NCBI GenBank assembly: GCA_002433065.1 | Contig: DJHK01000010.1 | Span: 10,796-66,188, forward strand | Direction: 5' to 3' | Source: Chloroflexi bacterium UBA6622 | Lineage (GTDB): Bacteria > Chloroflexota > UBA11872 | Length of the DNA stretch: 55,393 nt | Shown: in pieces, positions 40,758 through 50,487 of the stretch | Numbering within the stretch: position 1 is the stretch's first letter | How the letters are laid out: each line of letters begins with the position of its first letter | Position numbers and translations under genes: made by a program | Notes under the pieces: model-generated | Told to the model about the DNA's origin: nothing | Databases searched by the model: none | What the model saw: the letters and a program-made list of their open reading frames with translations, nothing else

Positions 40758-41648
40758 ATGCCCCCAGTAGCCATCCAAACATGGAACTTGACCAAACGGT
40801 ATGGCGCTGTGCAAGCGTTAACAGATCTAAACCTACAAATTCCCCAAGGACAAATTTTTGGGTTTCTTGGACCGAATGGCGCAGGAAAGACTACGACCAT
40901 AAGGTTGTTGTTTGGATTAATGCGACCCACAGAAGGTAGGGCCGAGGTCCTCGGACACAATGTCCATCGCGAGGGTCCCACAGCCCGCCAGTTCATGAGT
41001 CTTTTGCCTAGTGATAACAGCCTCTACCCATTCATGAAGGTGGAGCAGTACCTAGAGGCGTTTGGTCGAATCACCCAGGCATCACAGCAACGACGGGCCG
41101 ACCTCCTTGAACGACTTGAACTTGACCCATCGCGCAAGATTGGTGATCTCTCAATGGGAAATCAACAAAAGGTCGCCATTGTTCGGGCGCTGCAGAACGA
41201 CGTCCCGATCTATGTCGTTGATGAACCTACTCGCGGCCTGGACCCATTGATCCAGCAGGAATTCGGTCGGGTTATCGTGGAATTACGGAATGACGGACGC
41301 ACCGTGGTGTTCTCGACCCATGTGCTATCCGAGGCTGAGGCCCTGTGCGACCGGGTTGGCATTCTGCGGAACGGCCGCCTCGTGCAGGTTGACTCAGTAG
41401 CCGAACTGACCGAAGCGCGAGTACGACACCTGACAGTGACGTTTGCCCAAGCCCCGCCTGCCAACCTTGCAATACCAGGCGCGACTGATCTGCATCTCCA
41501 AGACAACCAGGCGGAATTTACTGTTCGCGGCTCGATCGACCAGATTCTCAAAACCCTCGCTCGTTACACAGTTGTCAATTTATCCATCAGTGAACCAAGC
41601 CTTGAAGAAATTTTCCTGCGGCATTACGGCAGTGAGGATCGCGAATGA
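40758..41648 (+). CDS. ABC-2 type transporter ATP-binding protein
   Basis: GPNGAGKTT, LSMGNQQK, DEPTRGLDP, STH and PSLEEIFL. Confidence 0.95.
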   Translation: MPPVAIQTWNLTKRYGAVQALTDLNLQIPQGQIFGFLGPNGAGKTTTIRLLFGLMRPTEGRAEVLGHNVHREGPTARQFMSLLPSDNSLYPFMKVEQYLEAFGRITQASQQRRADLLERLELDPSRKIGDLSMGNQQKVAIVRALQNDVPIYVVDEPTRGLDPLIQQEFGRVIVELRNDGRTVVFSTHVLSEAEALCDRVGILRNGRLVQVDSVAELTEARVRHLTVTFAQAPPANLAIPGATDLHLQDNQAEFTVRGSIDQILKTLARYTVVNLSISEPSLEEIFLRHYGSEDRE

Positions 41649-42454
41649 GCGGTCCAATCCTACGCATGACGCTCCGAACCCGCCGTCTGGCTATCTTTTG
41701 GTTCTCAGTCGGAACCTTCGGCTACGGTCTCATGATCATGGGCTTGTGGCCGTTCATGGAAACGATTGATTGGACCGCCATGGTTGAAGCTCTCCCCGAG
41801 GGTATGGCTGGCGAACGAGTTGTGGCAGATCTGTCACCAACGGAAAAATCGTTCTACCAGTATCTGAGTACCGAGTGGTCCTCATGGCTCCAGCTTGTTG
41901 CCGCTTATTTCGGCATTTGGATCGGTGCCAGCATGGTGGCCCGTGACTTCGGCAATGGAGCTCTCGACGTTTTGCTCAGCCCGCCCATTAGTCGAACCAC
42001 GTTTATCCTGACCCGTATGTCTGCACTCCTACTAGGTGCCAGTCTGCTCTGTAGCGCTTCGTTGGTGGGAGCTGCGATCGGCGTACTGTTATGGGTGCCA
42101 GATGTCGATGTGCGTCTAGCTGACCTCGCGCTCATGCATGTTCAACTGTTGCTATTTACGCTAGCCACCAGTGGAATTGGGCTGGTCCTGGCCACGCTGA
42201 TACTTCAACCGGGCCGAACCTATGGGGTCGGTGCATTGTTGCTGGTCCTTATGTTTTTGCTCACCATCGTGGCGGCCGTTGCGAGCGGCGGTGAGTGGAT
42301 TGAAAACTTCACGTTGTTTAGTTACTGGAACCCAATCGATCAACTCGTGCACGGCACGTTCGTTTGGAAGGACATCATCGTCCTTAGCAGCGTCACACTC
42401 GCGACCAGCACTGCGGCAATATTGATCTTCCGTCGCCGCGACCTGGTTGTCTGA
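41645..42454 (+). CDS. ABC-2 type transporter permease
   Basis: ATGA overlap with the ATPase gene; six hydrophobic segments; G.LD.LLS.PISR and C-terminal FRRRDL. Confidence 0.92.
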   Translation: MSGPILRMTLRTRRLAIFWFSVGTFGYGLMIMGLWPFMETIDWTAMVEALPEGMAGERVVADLSPTEKSFYQYLSTEWSSWLQLVAAYFGIWIGASMVARDFGNGALDVLLSPPISRTTFILTRMSALLLGASLLCSASLVGAAIGVLLWVPDVDVRLADLALMHVQLLLFTLATSGIGLVLATLILQPGRTYGVGALLLVLMFLLTIVAAVASGGEWIENFTLFSYWNPIDQLVHGTFVWKDIIVLSSVTLATSTAAILIFRRRDLVV

Positions 42455-42460
42455 ACTACC

Positions 42461-42961
42461 GTGCCCCGCCCCCAGGGATCGACGACGCTCCGGATCGGCG
42501 AACAAGCTCCGCAGGTCACACTCCCTCTCGCGACCGATTTGTCGACCACGGCGACATTCCCAGTCGAGGGTCGCTGGCATCTCCTTGTGTTCCTTCGCCA
42601 CCACTGGTGACTAAGTTGCCAGGACCAACTGGCGCGGCTCGCGGGCGAGTTGGACGAATGGGATCATCGAAATGTACAGATTTCAGCCATCTACGGTCAG
42701 GATGGGGATTCAGTCAGTCGCCTGGCCGAAGACCGTGCCTTGCCCTTCCCAATTTATGTAGATGCCGAGCGAGCTGCGATACGCCGCTACGGGGTGTATG
42801 TCCGAATCAATTTCGAGTCCTGGAACATGGCACGGCCCAGCCTATTCCTGATTAACTCGAATCGTGAGATCCGGTACATCTATGTCGGCTCAAACCAAAT
42901 GGACTGGCCAGACAGCCCACAAATTCTCACGCTTATTGATCACGAGCAATCGTCCGATTGA
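42461..42961 (+). CDS. AhpC/TSA (peroxiredoxin-like, thioredoxin-fold) selenoprotein with UxxC; Sec at codon 50 (TGA 42608-42610)
   Basis: GTG at 42461 reads LRIGEQAPQVTLP...WHLLVFLRHHW-TGA-LSCQDQLARL and continues in frame into the 42650..42961 ORF (LPFPIYVD...YGV...ARPSLFLI...IRYIYVG). The TGA sits where the first Cys of CxxC belongs. Confidence 0.88.
42625..42653 (+). promoter_or_regulatory. Candidate bacterial SECIS element of the AhpC/TSA selenoprotein
   Basis: CCAACT (42625-30) pairs with AGTTGG (42648-53) and encloses CGCG-GCT-CGCG; apical G is 27 nt after the UGA. A competing fold GCCAG-GACCAA-CTGGC is also possible. Confidence 0.6.
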
Positions 42962-42988
42962 CCTAATCGTCCATTTCACAGACTATCC

Positions 42989-43416
42989 GTGAACCAGACG
43001 GTTTCGAATCGATTTATGCTCATTAAGAGTTTCCGTCAAGCAGCAGCTGAGCTAGCCGTTTTCTCCGCGTTTATCACACGAATTACGATCCGATCTTCCG
43101 AAGTGAAGGGGGCCAAGCTGGAACTCTTATGGCCCGCGTACCAGGCCCTGCGGGCGTTTTGAGAAAACAAGGTTCGTCACGCGTGTCGCGCCTCGCGCAT
43201 GCACTCATGTTGAGCAAGCAAACAACCTCCCAGACTGCGGACGAACTCGTCAGAGCTAATTTAGTCACGCGAGGAGTGAGGATCCCGAAGACCACCGACG
43301 CTGGAATAGCCCGACTTCGAGTGTACGAAGGTCATTTTGATGAGTATCTGGAAGGCCTACTCGAAGCTCTTGAGGAATCGGAAACGCCCATGTCACATCA
43401 GCATTACGACAACTAA
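42989..43416 (+). pseudogene. Degraded MarR-family regulator
   Basis: One frame ends ...ELLWPAYQAL, then a shift near 43151 gives VLRKQGSSRVSRLAHALMLSKQTTSQTADELVRANLVTR (winged-HTH pattern); the wing D.D.R turn appears to be missing before RGVRI..TDAG. Confidence 0.65.
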
Positions 43417-43476
43417 ACGCCGAGACCAGCACCAAACGTGACGCTGGTCATTTCAGACCTGCACGACAACAATCTC

Positions 43477-44656
43477 ATGGATAGCACAACAATTCTCGCT
43501 CGCATTCTTCGTTACGCCGCCCCTCACTGGCGGCTTGGATTGACCACCCTTATGGTCACATTCATAGGAATAGGCGCCGATCTTGTAGTGCCAGCGCTTC
43601 TGCGGGAAGTGATTGACAGCGGGATCGGGAGCAGAGATCAAAACGTCCTCCTCACCATGGCGATACTTGTAGTTGCGTTTACGGCGCTGAAAGGCCTTTC
43701 ACAATTCGGTCGCCAATTCATGGCTGAGGTGCTCAGCCAGCGCGTCGTCTTCACACTACGCAACCAACTCTACGATCACATCCAGAGCCTTTCGTTCCAA
43801 TTTCACGACAACACGCGCACCGGCGAACTGATGTCCCGAACCACGAGCGACGTCGAGCGGGTACGTCGCTTTGCAGCCATGGGTATTTTCCAGATGACTC
43901 AGATCGTAATCCTGACCGTCGGTATCGCCATCGTCCTTCTCGGTAGAACCCGGACAACGGGTTGCCCTTGTAGGTCCAACAGGAGCGGGCAAAACAACCA
44001 CGATTAACTTACTCGCTCGCTTCTACGATGCGTCGAAAGGGGAAATACGCATTGATAATCACGCCATCTCCTCGGTGACTCAACAATCGCTGCGAAACCA
44101 GCTTGGCATTGTTCCGCAAGACAGTTACCTGTTTTCTGGAAGCATCTACAGCAACATAGCGTTTAGTCGTCCGGACGCAACCCATGCTGCGGTGGTTGAG
44201 GCTGCGCAAGCTGTTGGAGCTGACCACTTTATCAACGAGCTTCCTCACGGTTATGCGACAGACGTTCGAGAACGCGGTTCCAGATTGTCAGTTGGCCAAC
44301 GACAACTCATCGGCTTTGCACGGGCACTGCTCGCAGACCCGAGGATTCTGATTCTAGACGAAGCCACCTCAAGTGTTGATGCCCGAACGGAACAGACGAT
44401 TCAGAAGGCCCTGGCCCATCTACTCCAAGGACGCACATCCTTCGTCATCGCACATCGCCTGGCGACTGTTCGGCAGGCAGATCTAATTCTCGTGTTCGAG
44501 AACGGCCAAATCGCCGAGCGAGGCTCACACGATGAACTCCTCGACTGCCGAGGGCTGTATTACAAGCTCTACACAACCGGGTTTCCCGGAACAGATGCCG
44601 TGGAGACCGGTCCATCCCAAACCTCCGCCCCGCCACGACGAATGTGGGGCGGCTAA
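43477..44656 (+). pseudogene. Multidrug-type ABC exporter remnant: partial TMD fused out of frame to an NBD
   Basis: TMD N-half (LRNQLYDHIQSLSFQFHDNTRTGELMSR.TSDV) stops making sense near 43940; a second frame from 43934 reads SFSVEPGQRVALVGPTGAGKTT...LSVGQRQ...LDEATSS...AHRL. Confidence 0.88.
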
Positions 44657-44675
44657 CGCAACATGTAGCTGCCAA

Positions 44676-45362
44676 CTAAAAGAACAGGTAACGCAACCAG
44701 CTGTAGACATACCGAGCAGCGTGTCGGCGTAACGAGATATGAGACCGCTCACGCCGACTAGCGTATTCGTGGGTTGGAACCTCCACAATACGGTAGCCCT
44801 TTCGTAAGAACTTAATGACCATCTCCTGTTCCGTCGTTGTAATGTTTTCCTGAAGCGTGATGGATCGTGCGGCCGCAAGATCAAAAGCACGAAAGCCGCT
44901 TTGGGAATCCGTAAGACGTACACCAAACCTATAGTTGATCCCAAGCGTGATGATGTCCTGGCCCACCATCCGAATGAACTTGTCCAGATCACCGTGCAAC
45001 TCGTCGCTGCCACCTCGCATTCGTGACCCATTGCCATATTCCGCATCGCCAGCAGCCACAGGCTCCACCAACCGTGGAATGTCTTCAGGATCAAAAGACA
45101 GATCAGCATCAATCGTCACCAAAATGTCACCGGTGGCTCGAGCAACAGCCTCGCGCACGGCACATCCTTTCCCGAAACCTTCATCGAGATAGACAGCAAC
45201 ACCCATCGCTTCAGCTATTTCCCGAGTCCTATCACTCGAATGCCCATCCACAACAAAGAGTTCATCACCATGCGGCTTCGATCTCGTGATTACCTCTTCA
45301 ATCGTCGCTTCCTCATCCTTTGCCGGAATACAAACCGAAACCCGACGTCCATTAACCGTCAT
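44676..45362 (-). CDS. Glycosyltransferase family 2 (DPM/DPG synthase-like)
   Basis: IPAKDEE, VVDGHSSDRT, GKGCA, IDADLS, GSR and TDSQSGFRA. ATG at 45362 is favoured over the ORF-track start at 45404. Confidence 0.92.
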   Translation of the reverse strand: MTVNGRRVSVCIPAKDEEATIEEVITRSKPHGDELFVVDGHSSDRTREIAEAMGVAVYLDEGFGKGCAVREAVARATGDILVTIDADLSFDPEDIPRLVEPVAAGDAEYGNGSRMRGGSDELHGDLDKFIRMVGQDIITLGINYRFGVRLTDSQSGFRAFDLAAARSITLQENITTTEQEMVIKFLRKGYRIVEVPTHEYASRRERSHISLRRHAARYVYSWLRYLFF

Positions 45363-45428
45363 AACAACCCCTAGCCGTGGACAGGTCAAAATAGCGGACC
45401 ACAAAAGTGGACCGGTCGTTAAGCATCA

Positions 45429-46199
45429 TCACGCAGCCCTCACAATCGCGGCAAACTGGCCAGCATCGAGGCTTGCTCCACCGACAAGTGCCCCATCAAT
45501 ACCATCACGACCAAGCAACTCCTCACAATTATCCGGTGTCACGCTTCCGCCATACTGAATGCGAACGCGCGTTGCCGCGTCCTGACCATGGACTATGCCG
45601 ACAGTGTCACGGATCCACCCGACAGCTTCTTGAGCCTGCTCAGGACTAGCAGTACGCCCCGTACCAATCGCCCAAACCGGTTCGTACGCAATTACGCTTT
45701 CGGCTGTCTGATCCGGCGTCAGTATCTCGATCGCACTTTCCACCTGCGTACGAATTACGACATGGGCCCGGTCATCATCTCGCTGCTCCAGCGACTCGCC
45801 AACCGCAATAATAGGAATCAGGCCAGCCGAATGGATTGTCTCTACCTTACGCTGCACGTTCTCATTTGTTTCGCCAAAACTCCGTCTTCGCTCGGAATGC
45901 CCGACAATAACGTAGCTCGCAAATTCTTGAACCATCGAAACTGATATTTCTCCTGTAAACGCACCGTCTAACTCCCAGTGAATATGTTGGGCACCAACCA
46001 ATACCGATGACTGACGCACAGCCGTGGCTACCGAGACAATCCCCACCGACGGCGGACACAGCACAACATCTACATTCTCAGGAAGATCGTGAGCAATCAC
46101 CTGTTGCGCAAGCGCCGCCCCATCGGACGGGCCTGTATTCATTTTCCAGTTGCCAGCAACGATCGGTCTTCTAATAGTTTGGTTGACCATTACATTCAA
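45429..46199 (-). CDS. tpiA: Triosephosphate isomerase
   Basis: AGNWKMN, GHSERR, AYEPVWAIGTG, YGGSV and LVGGASL. Confidence 0.98.
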   Translation of the reverse strand: MNVMVNQTIRRPIVAGNWKMNTGPSDGAALAQQVIAHDLPENVDVVLCPPSVGIVSVATAVRQSSVLVGAQHIHWELDGAFTGEISVSMVQEFASYVIVGHSERRRSFGETNENVQRKVETIHSAGLIPIIAVGESLEQRDDDRAHVVIRTQVESAIEILTPDQTAESVIAYEPVWAIGTGRTASPEQAQEAVGWIRDTVGIVHGQDAATRVRIQYGGSVTPDNCEELLGRDGIDGALVGGASLDAGQFAAIVRAA

Positions 46200-46262
46200 A
46201 TCAGAGAGACCGCTGCCAAGTGTAAGAGGTGACGCATATCGAACGAATATAGATCGACTGAA

Positions 46263-47480
46263 CTAGCCATGGGTTTCCGACATCGTAGCTGGTGGAGCTA
46301 CCTCCCTGAACAGTCGCAACGCGATAAGCAGCGCGGCTACATTTGCCAACGCTGCGAAAAGCAACGGAATGGTGGGATGCAAATCAAGTAAGACACCAGC
46401 GAGCAACGTGCCTAACAGAAGACCAAAGCTCCATAACGCGTGGATAAAACCAACCACCCGACCACGCTCATTTTCTATCGTTCGATCACGGACGGTCCCA
46501 AGAACCAAGACCGACATTGTCCATCCTCCAACAACACCCAGAATCCCTGCCGGTACCAGAAAGGTCGGGTGCTCCCACGCTATGGCTGCCACCAGCGACA
46601 CTATCACCTGAACGCCAAGTACGGTGAAAATCGGACGCGCGCGTCCTACTCGATCTGACCAGCGACCTATGGTGAACTGGCCTATAGCCGATAAGGCCAT
46701 GCCGGCGCTGCCATACAGCGCCGTAGCCAGTACGCTGCCAGTTGCCCGAAAAATAAGCAGGGGAAGCGCGAGGCTCCACACGCCCCAAAAGGCCGTTGGG
46801 AAGAATCTAAGACCACCCATTAGGAATATCTCACGCCGGACTAGAATTTCCCTTAACGACCGCTCCCTGTCACCAGTGGACTGACGTCGGGTCGGCCGGA
46901 CATCATGTAAGAAACAGACAGTAAGAACAGCCGGAACGATGTTTATAACAAGCCCACCAACCGCATAAGCTCCAAAGCCATAGGCCTCGATTACGGGACC
47001 TGCGACAGCAGCACTTACAGCTGTCCCGATCGTGCCTCCGAGAAAAAATGCCGCCGTTGCTACACCTACTGATTGCTGGCTACTTGCGTTGAGCAGGTAG
47101 CTTTGCCCAGCGGTTGACCGCATGCCGTGAGCCAAACCGAGAATAACCGCCAAGAGCACCAACAACCACGGCACACCCGTGACGAATTGCAGAAATCCTG
47201 CTGAAAACCCAACGATTCCAATCACCAGAACCAAGCGATGCCCGAGGCGATCCGCCATTGCACCGGCCACAACCGAGATAATTCCGCCAAGGGCAGTCTC
47301 GACAGAAAGTAAAGCGCCAGTAAACGCCGGAGATAGGCCTAAGTCCCGCTCGATATAGACCGGAAACAACGATCTGGCAGCCCCAACTGCAAGATTATTC
47401 ATGAACAAGATCGTGACGATGAGGCCCAGGCGCCTGACCTGCGTATGACGCACCACGCGATTGGCAAACCCCACAATCAC
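46263..47480 (-). CDS. Major facilitator superfamily transporter
   Basis: About 12 hydrophobic segments; motif A GAMADRLGHR and GRWSDRVGR; ERGRVVG. Confidence 0.92.
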   Translation of the reverse strand: MIVGFANRVVRHTQVRRLGLIVTILFMNNLAVGAARSLFPVYIERDLGLSPAFTGALLSVETALGGIISVVAGAMADRLGHRLVLVIGIVGFSAGFLQFVTGVPWLLVLLAVILGLAHGMRSTAGQSYLLNASSQQSVGVATAAFFLGGTIGTAVSAAVAGPVIEAYGFGAYAVGGLVINIVPAVLTVCFLHDVRPTRRQSTGDRERSLREILVRREIFLMGGLRFFPTAFWGVWSLALPLLIFRATGSVLATALYGSAGMALSAIGQFTIGRWSDRVGRARPIFTVLGVQVIVSLVAAIAWEHPTFLVPAGILGVVGGWTMSVLVLGTVRDRTIENERGRVVGFIHALWSFGLLLGTLLAGVLLDLHPTIPLLFAALANVAALLIALRLFREVAPPATMSETHG

Positions 47481-47532
47481 AACACGTCGTCAACAAATAT
47501 CGCGCCCAGTGGCTCAGCCCAACAACAGCAGG

Positions 47533-47721
47533 TCAATTGGTGTCCGGAGCAGACGAACTTTCTGGCTTACCACACCGACCACAAGCCCAATATTCCTCTT
47601 TAAGTAAGCCGAACCACTTTTTATAAACGTTCAAGTTCCACGTCGTCTCCTGGCGACAGCGCGCACAATCACGTCGCTCGCTGGCCTTTACCGAGACTTT
47701 AAAATCATCATCTTCCGGCAT
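47533..47721 (-). CDS. Small zinc-ribbon-like protein
   Basis: 62 aa with CARC and CGRC pairs; purine-rich RBS (AGGGG) upstream. Confidence 0.65.
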   Translation of the reverse strand: MPEDDDFKVSVKASERRDCARCRQETTWNLNVYKKWFGLLKEEYWACGRCGKPESSSAPDTN

Positions 47722-47790
47722 GACTCAACCCCTGTACGACCTCTGGCGAACATTGGCACTACCGCTCTTGGCTGTCAATGCGCGTGGGCT

Positions 47791-48525
47791 TCAGCTCAAG
47801 CGATTCGCACCATGTTGTTCGACAAGATTGCACGCCTGCAGGTAATGCTCGATTGACTCTCCACAGTCTGCCCAGTACCCCTCCAAAACGTCATGCGTCA
47901 TCTCGCCACGCGCGAGGTATGCATTATTCAGGTCAGTGACCTCCAGCTCCCCACGAGCTGAACGATCCAGTCCATCGATCATTCGAAACGCCTCGGCGTC
48001 ATAGAAATAGATTCCAATGACAGCCAGGTTCGAGGGAGGGGCCTCCGGCTTCTCAACGAATCGAACAATCTCGTCGCCTGCGAGTTCCGCCACACCATAA
48101 GCACTAGGGTTCTCGACCTCCGTCAGTAACACCTTGGCACCACCCTCTTGTGCCTCAAATTTCCGAACCGCTTCAACGATGTTGCCGCCGATGATGTTGT
48201 CACCAAGGATTACCACCATTCGCTCATCACCGACAAATGGACGAGCTAAGTTAATCGCTTCGGCAATTCCACCTGCACCATCTTGGTATGCATAGCTGAG
48301 ATGTGTCACACCAAGAGCTTCACCGTTTCCAAGCAACCGCAAAAAATCGCCAGCGCTAGATCCACTTGTCACAATTAATATCTCGGTGATTCCTGCGTTG
48401 ACCAGAGCCTCAATCGGGTAGTAAATCATCGGCTTGTCGTAGACAGGAAGAAGCTGCTTATTGATCACGCGGGTAATTGGATCCAATCGAGAACCGGTAC
48501 CTCCCGCCAAAATCACACCCTTCAT
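47791..48525 (-). CDS. Sugar-phosphate nucleotidyltransferase (glucose-1-phosphate thymidylyltransferase-like)
   Basis: GVILAGGTGSRL.P.T...NKQLLPVYDKPMIYYP, LGDN, EKP and SARGELEVTD; ATGA overlap with ftsY. Confidence 0.92.
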   Translation of the reverse strand: MKGVILAGGTGSRLDPITRVINKQLLPVYDKPMIYYPIEALVNAGITEILIVTSGSSAGDFLRLLGNGEALGVTHLSYAYQDGAGGIAEAINLARPFVGDERMVVILGDNIIGGNIVEAVRKFEAQEGGAKVLLTEVENPSAYGVAELAGDEIVRFVEKPEAPPSNLAVIGIYFYDAEAFRMIDGLDRSARGELEVTDLNNAYLARGEMTHDVLEGYWADCGESIEHYLQACNLVEQHGANRLS

Positions 48526-49487
48526 TCGGACACCTCATACCTTTCCTCGTCAGGCCGTTTATCCAAAATGTCTTTTACGAATCGTCTTGGATCAAAAGCT
48601 GAAAAGTCTTCGACCCTCTCTCCAGTTCCAGCAAACTTGATCGGCACCCCTGCTTCCCGAGCAACCGCAAAGGCCGAGCCGCCCTTGGCAGAGCTATCAA
48701 GCTTGGTCAGCACAATGCCGGTCACTCCTGCCGTTGTCAGAAAACCCTGTGCCTGTTGCAAACCATTCTGGCCAGCCATTGCATCAATAACTAGGAGCAC
48801 CTCATGGGGTGCTCCCTCGACTTGACGCCCAGCGACCCGACGCATTTTAGAGAGTTCGTTCATAAGGTTCACATTTGTGTGCTGCCGACCCGCAGAATCC
48901 ACGATTACGTAGTCCACCTCACGGGCCTTGGCCGCATCTAATGCGTCATAGACAACAGCTCCCGGATCACTTCCAGCCTTATGGGCAACAACAGATACGC
49001 CCACATTTTTGCCCCATATCTTTAGTTGGTCGATAGCACCTGCCCTGAAAGTGTCCCCAGCCGCCAACAACACCTCGTGGCCAAGACCACGAAGCATATA
49101 GGCCAACTTAGCTATCGATGTGGTCTTACCCACGCCATTGACACCCACGACAAATATCACTTGTGGTGGATGACCGCTGGCAAACTCCGCATCATCGTTG
49201 GTGATCGTATCGCCCAAATGCTCAATCATGACTTTGTGGGCCCGGGTTACGTCTACGGAACCATCCGTATTGACGGTTTCCCGAAGTTCTTCTATCAACT
49301 CCATTGATAGTCGAGGCCCAAGATCGGCCGTAATCAGGATCTCTTCTAAAGCGTCCCAATCAGCTGCAGACAGCGCCGACCGCCGAAACCATCGGCGAAC
49401 CGCACCAAAAGTTCGTCGAGTCGGAATAGTCTCCACAATGTCGTCTGCCTGCACCGGCCGAGATCTCCGCAATCGACTAAGTAACAT
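48522..49487 (-). CDS. ftsY: Signal recognition particle receptor (short, NG domain only)
   Basis: GVNGVGKTTSIAKLA, DTFRAGA, DSAGR, TKLDSSAKGG and GTGE..D...F. Confidence 0.96.
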   Translation of the reverse strand: MLLSRLRRSRPVQADDIVETIPTRRTFGAVRRWFRRSALSAADWDALEEILITADLGPRLSMELIEELRETVNTDGSVDVTRAHKVMIEHLGDTITNDDAEFASGHPPQVIFVVGVNGVGKTTSIAKLAYMLRGLGHEVLLAAGDTFRAGAIDQLKIWGKNVGVSVVAHKAGSDPGAVVYDALDAAKAREVDYVIVDSAGRQHTNVNLMNELSKMRRVAGRQVEGAPHEVLLVIDAMAGQNGLQQAQGFLTTAGVTGIVLTKLDSSAKGGSAFAVAREAGVPIKFAGTGERVEDFSAFDPRRFVKDILDKRPDEERYEVSE

Positions 49488-49510
49488 TTAGACATTCTTT
49501 CTGCATGTTT

Positions 49511-50392
49511 CTAAATAGGGACCGGTCCAGAACCCCTCGGCATGGGAATCTGTTCAGGATCTCGAGATGGGCCGAACAAGCCAAGTTCGGCTGCAGAGAC
49601 ATACCCGACCTGCCCAAAAGTCGAAAGGATTCTTATAGTGGCAAACCGAAACGTAACCGGCGTTTCAACGTCGAACACAACCTTAGGATCCGGTGCTGAA
49701 ACCTTGAACCTGCCAATCTCTACCATCGCCTCAGGATTAATACGTGGATCATCCAGTGAGGCCAAGACCTGAAGTTCCTTAATATAACTAGCCGTAGGCT
49801 CGTCAGGATGATTCCAAATAATCACCTTCTGCAACGGTGATCGATAGCGCACCTTAAACGTAAGGACGATTGGGAACGCATGGTCAGCCGACCGCCACGC
49901 CTTGAATTGTGGATCGAACAAACCGTCTTGCAGTCGGTCAGATCCATGCTCGCCGATAGCTGTTGAGGTGATCCCCAGCAACTCTCCCCCGTTAACAAGC
50001 TCCAACAAATCAAACCCCTCACCATCCAAATCCGACTGCTGCTGCAATCCCACCTGAATTCGACGGATGACCGCTGGATCAATCCCCTCTTCCTGTGTAT
50101 TCCGGAGCGCCATTACCGCTGGAATCACACCAATCGCAAACAGCAAGCTAAAGACGAGTAATGTGGTCAGCCCACGACTCGAACTTAACCGCCGTCGGAT
50201 GTTTTCTGGAGTCAGTCGAGCCGAATTGGATATTTCAGCAGCCCGGGTTTCGCGATCAGCCTGCACCTTCGCCTCATGGGAAGCATCCCAGCGGAGGCGC
50301 TCTGCACTAACCCGCGCCTGACGTTCAGCCCAGTCTTCCCTGGAAGACCCCCGACTATTCCCGGTGTTCCGTGGCGACATATCAGGCTTCAT
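49511..50392 (-). CDS. Membrane-anchored hypothetical protein with a C-terminal discoidin/F5-8-like beta-sandwich
   Basis: Single transmembrane segment (LTTLLVFSLLFAIGVIPAV); L.DG...W.S...FP..LTF and IRILSTFG..GYVSAAEL.LFG pattern. Confidence 0.65.
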   Translation of the reverse strand: MKPDMSPRNTGNSRGSSREDWAERQARVSAERLRWDASHEAKVQADRETRAAEISNSARLTPENIRRRLSSSRGLTTLLVFSLLFAIGVIPAVMALRNTQEEGIDPAVIRRIQVGLQQQSDLDGEGFDLLELVNGGELLGITSTAIGEHGSDRLQDGLFDPQFKAWRSADHAFPIVLTFKVRYRSPLQKVIIWNHPDEPTASYIKELQVLASLDDPRINPEAMVEIGRFKVSAPDPKVVFDVETPVTFRFATIRILSTFGQVGYVSAAELGLFGPSRDPEQIPMPRGSGPVPI

Positions 50393-50487
50393 ACTGCATA
50401 TCCTGCCAAGGAAATCTCAGGTTATATGTGTGTATCACAGCAATACAGGCTATCTTGGGGAACAGGCGCACACTATATGGCGAGAAC

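Noticed and set aside
42607-42855. Alternative plus-frame ORF starting at the GTG that overlaps the Sec TGA
   Set aside because: The translation has no family features; the GTGA overlap is a by-product of the TGG-TGA codons.
43756-44001. Minus-strand ORF MVVLPAPVGP...
   Set aside because: It is the usual antisense shadow of a Walker A motif; the real signal is the plus-strand NBD frame.
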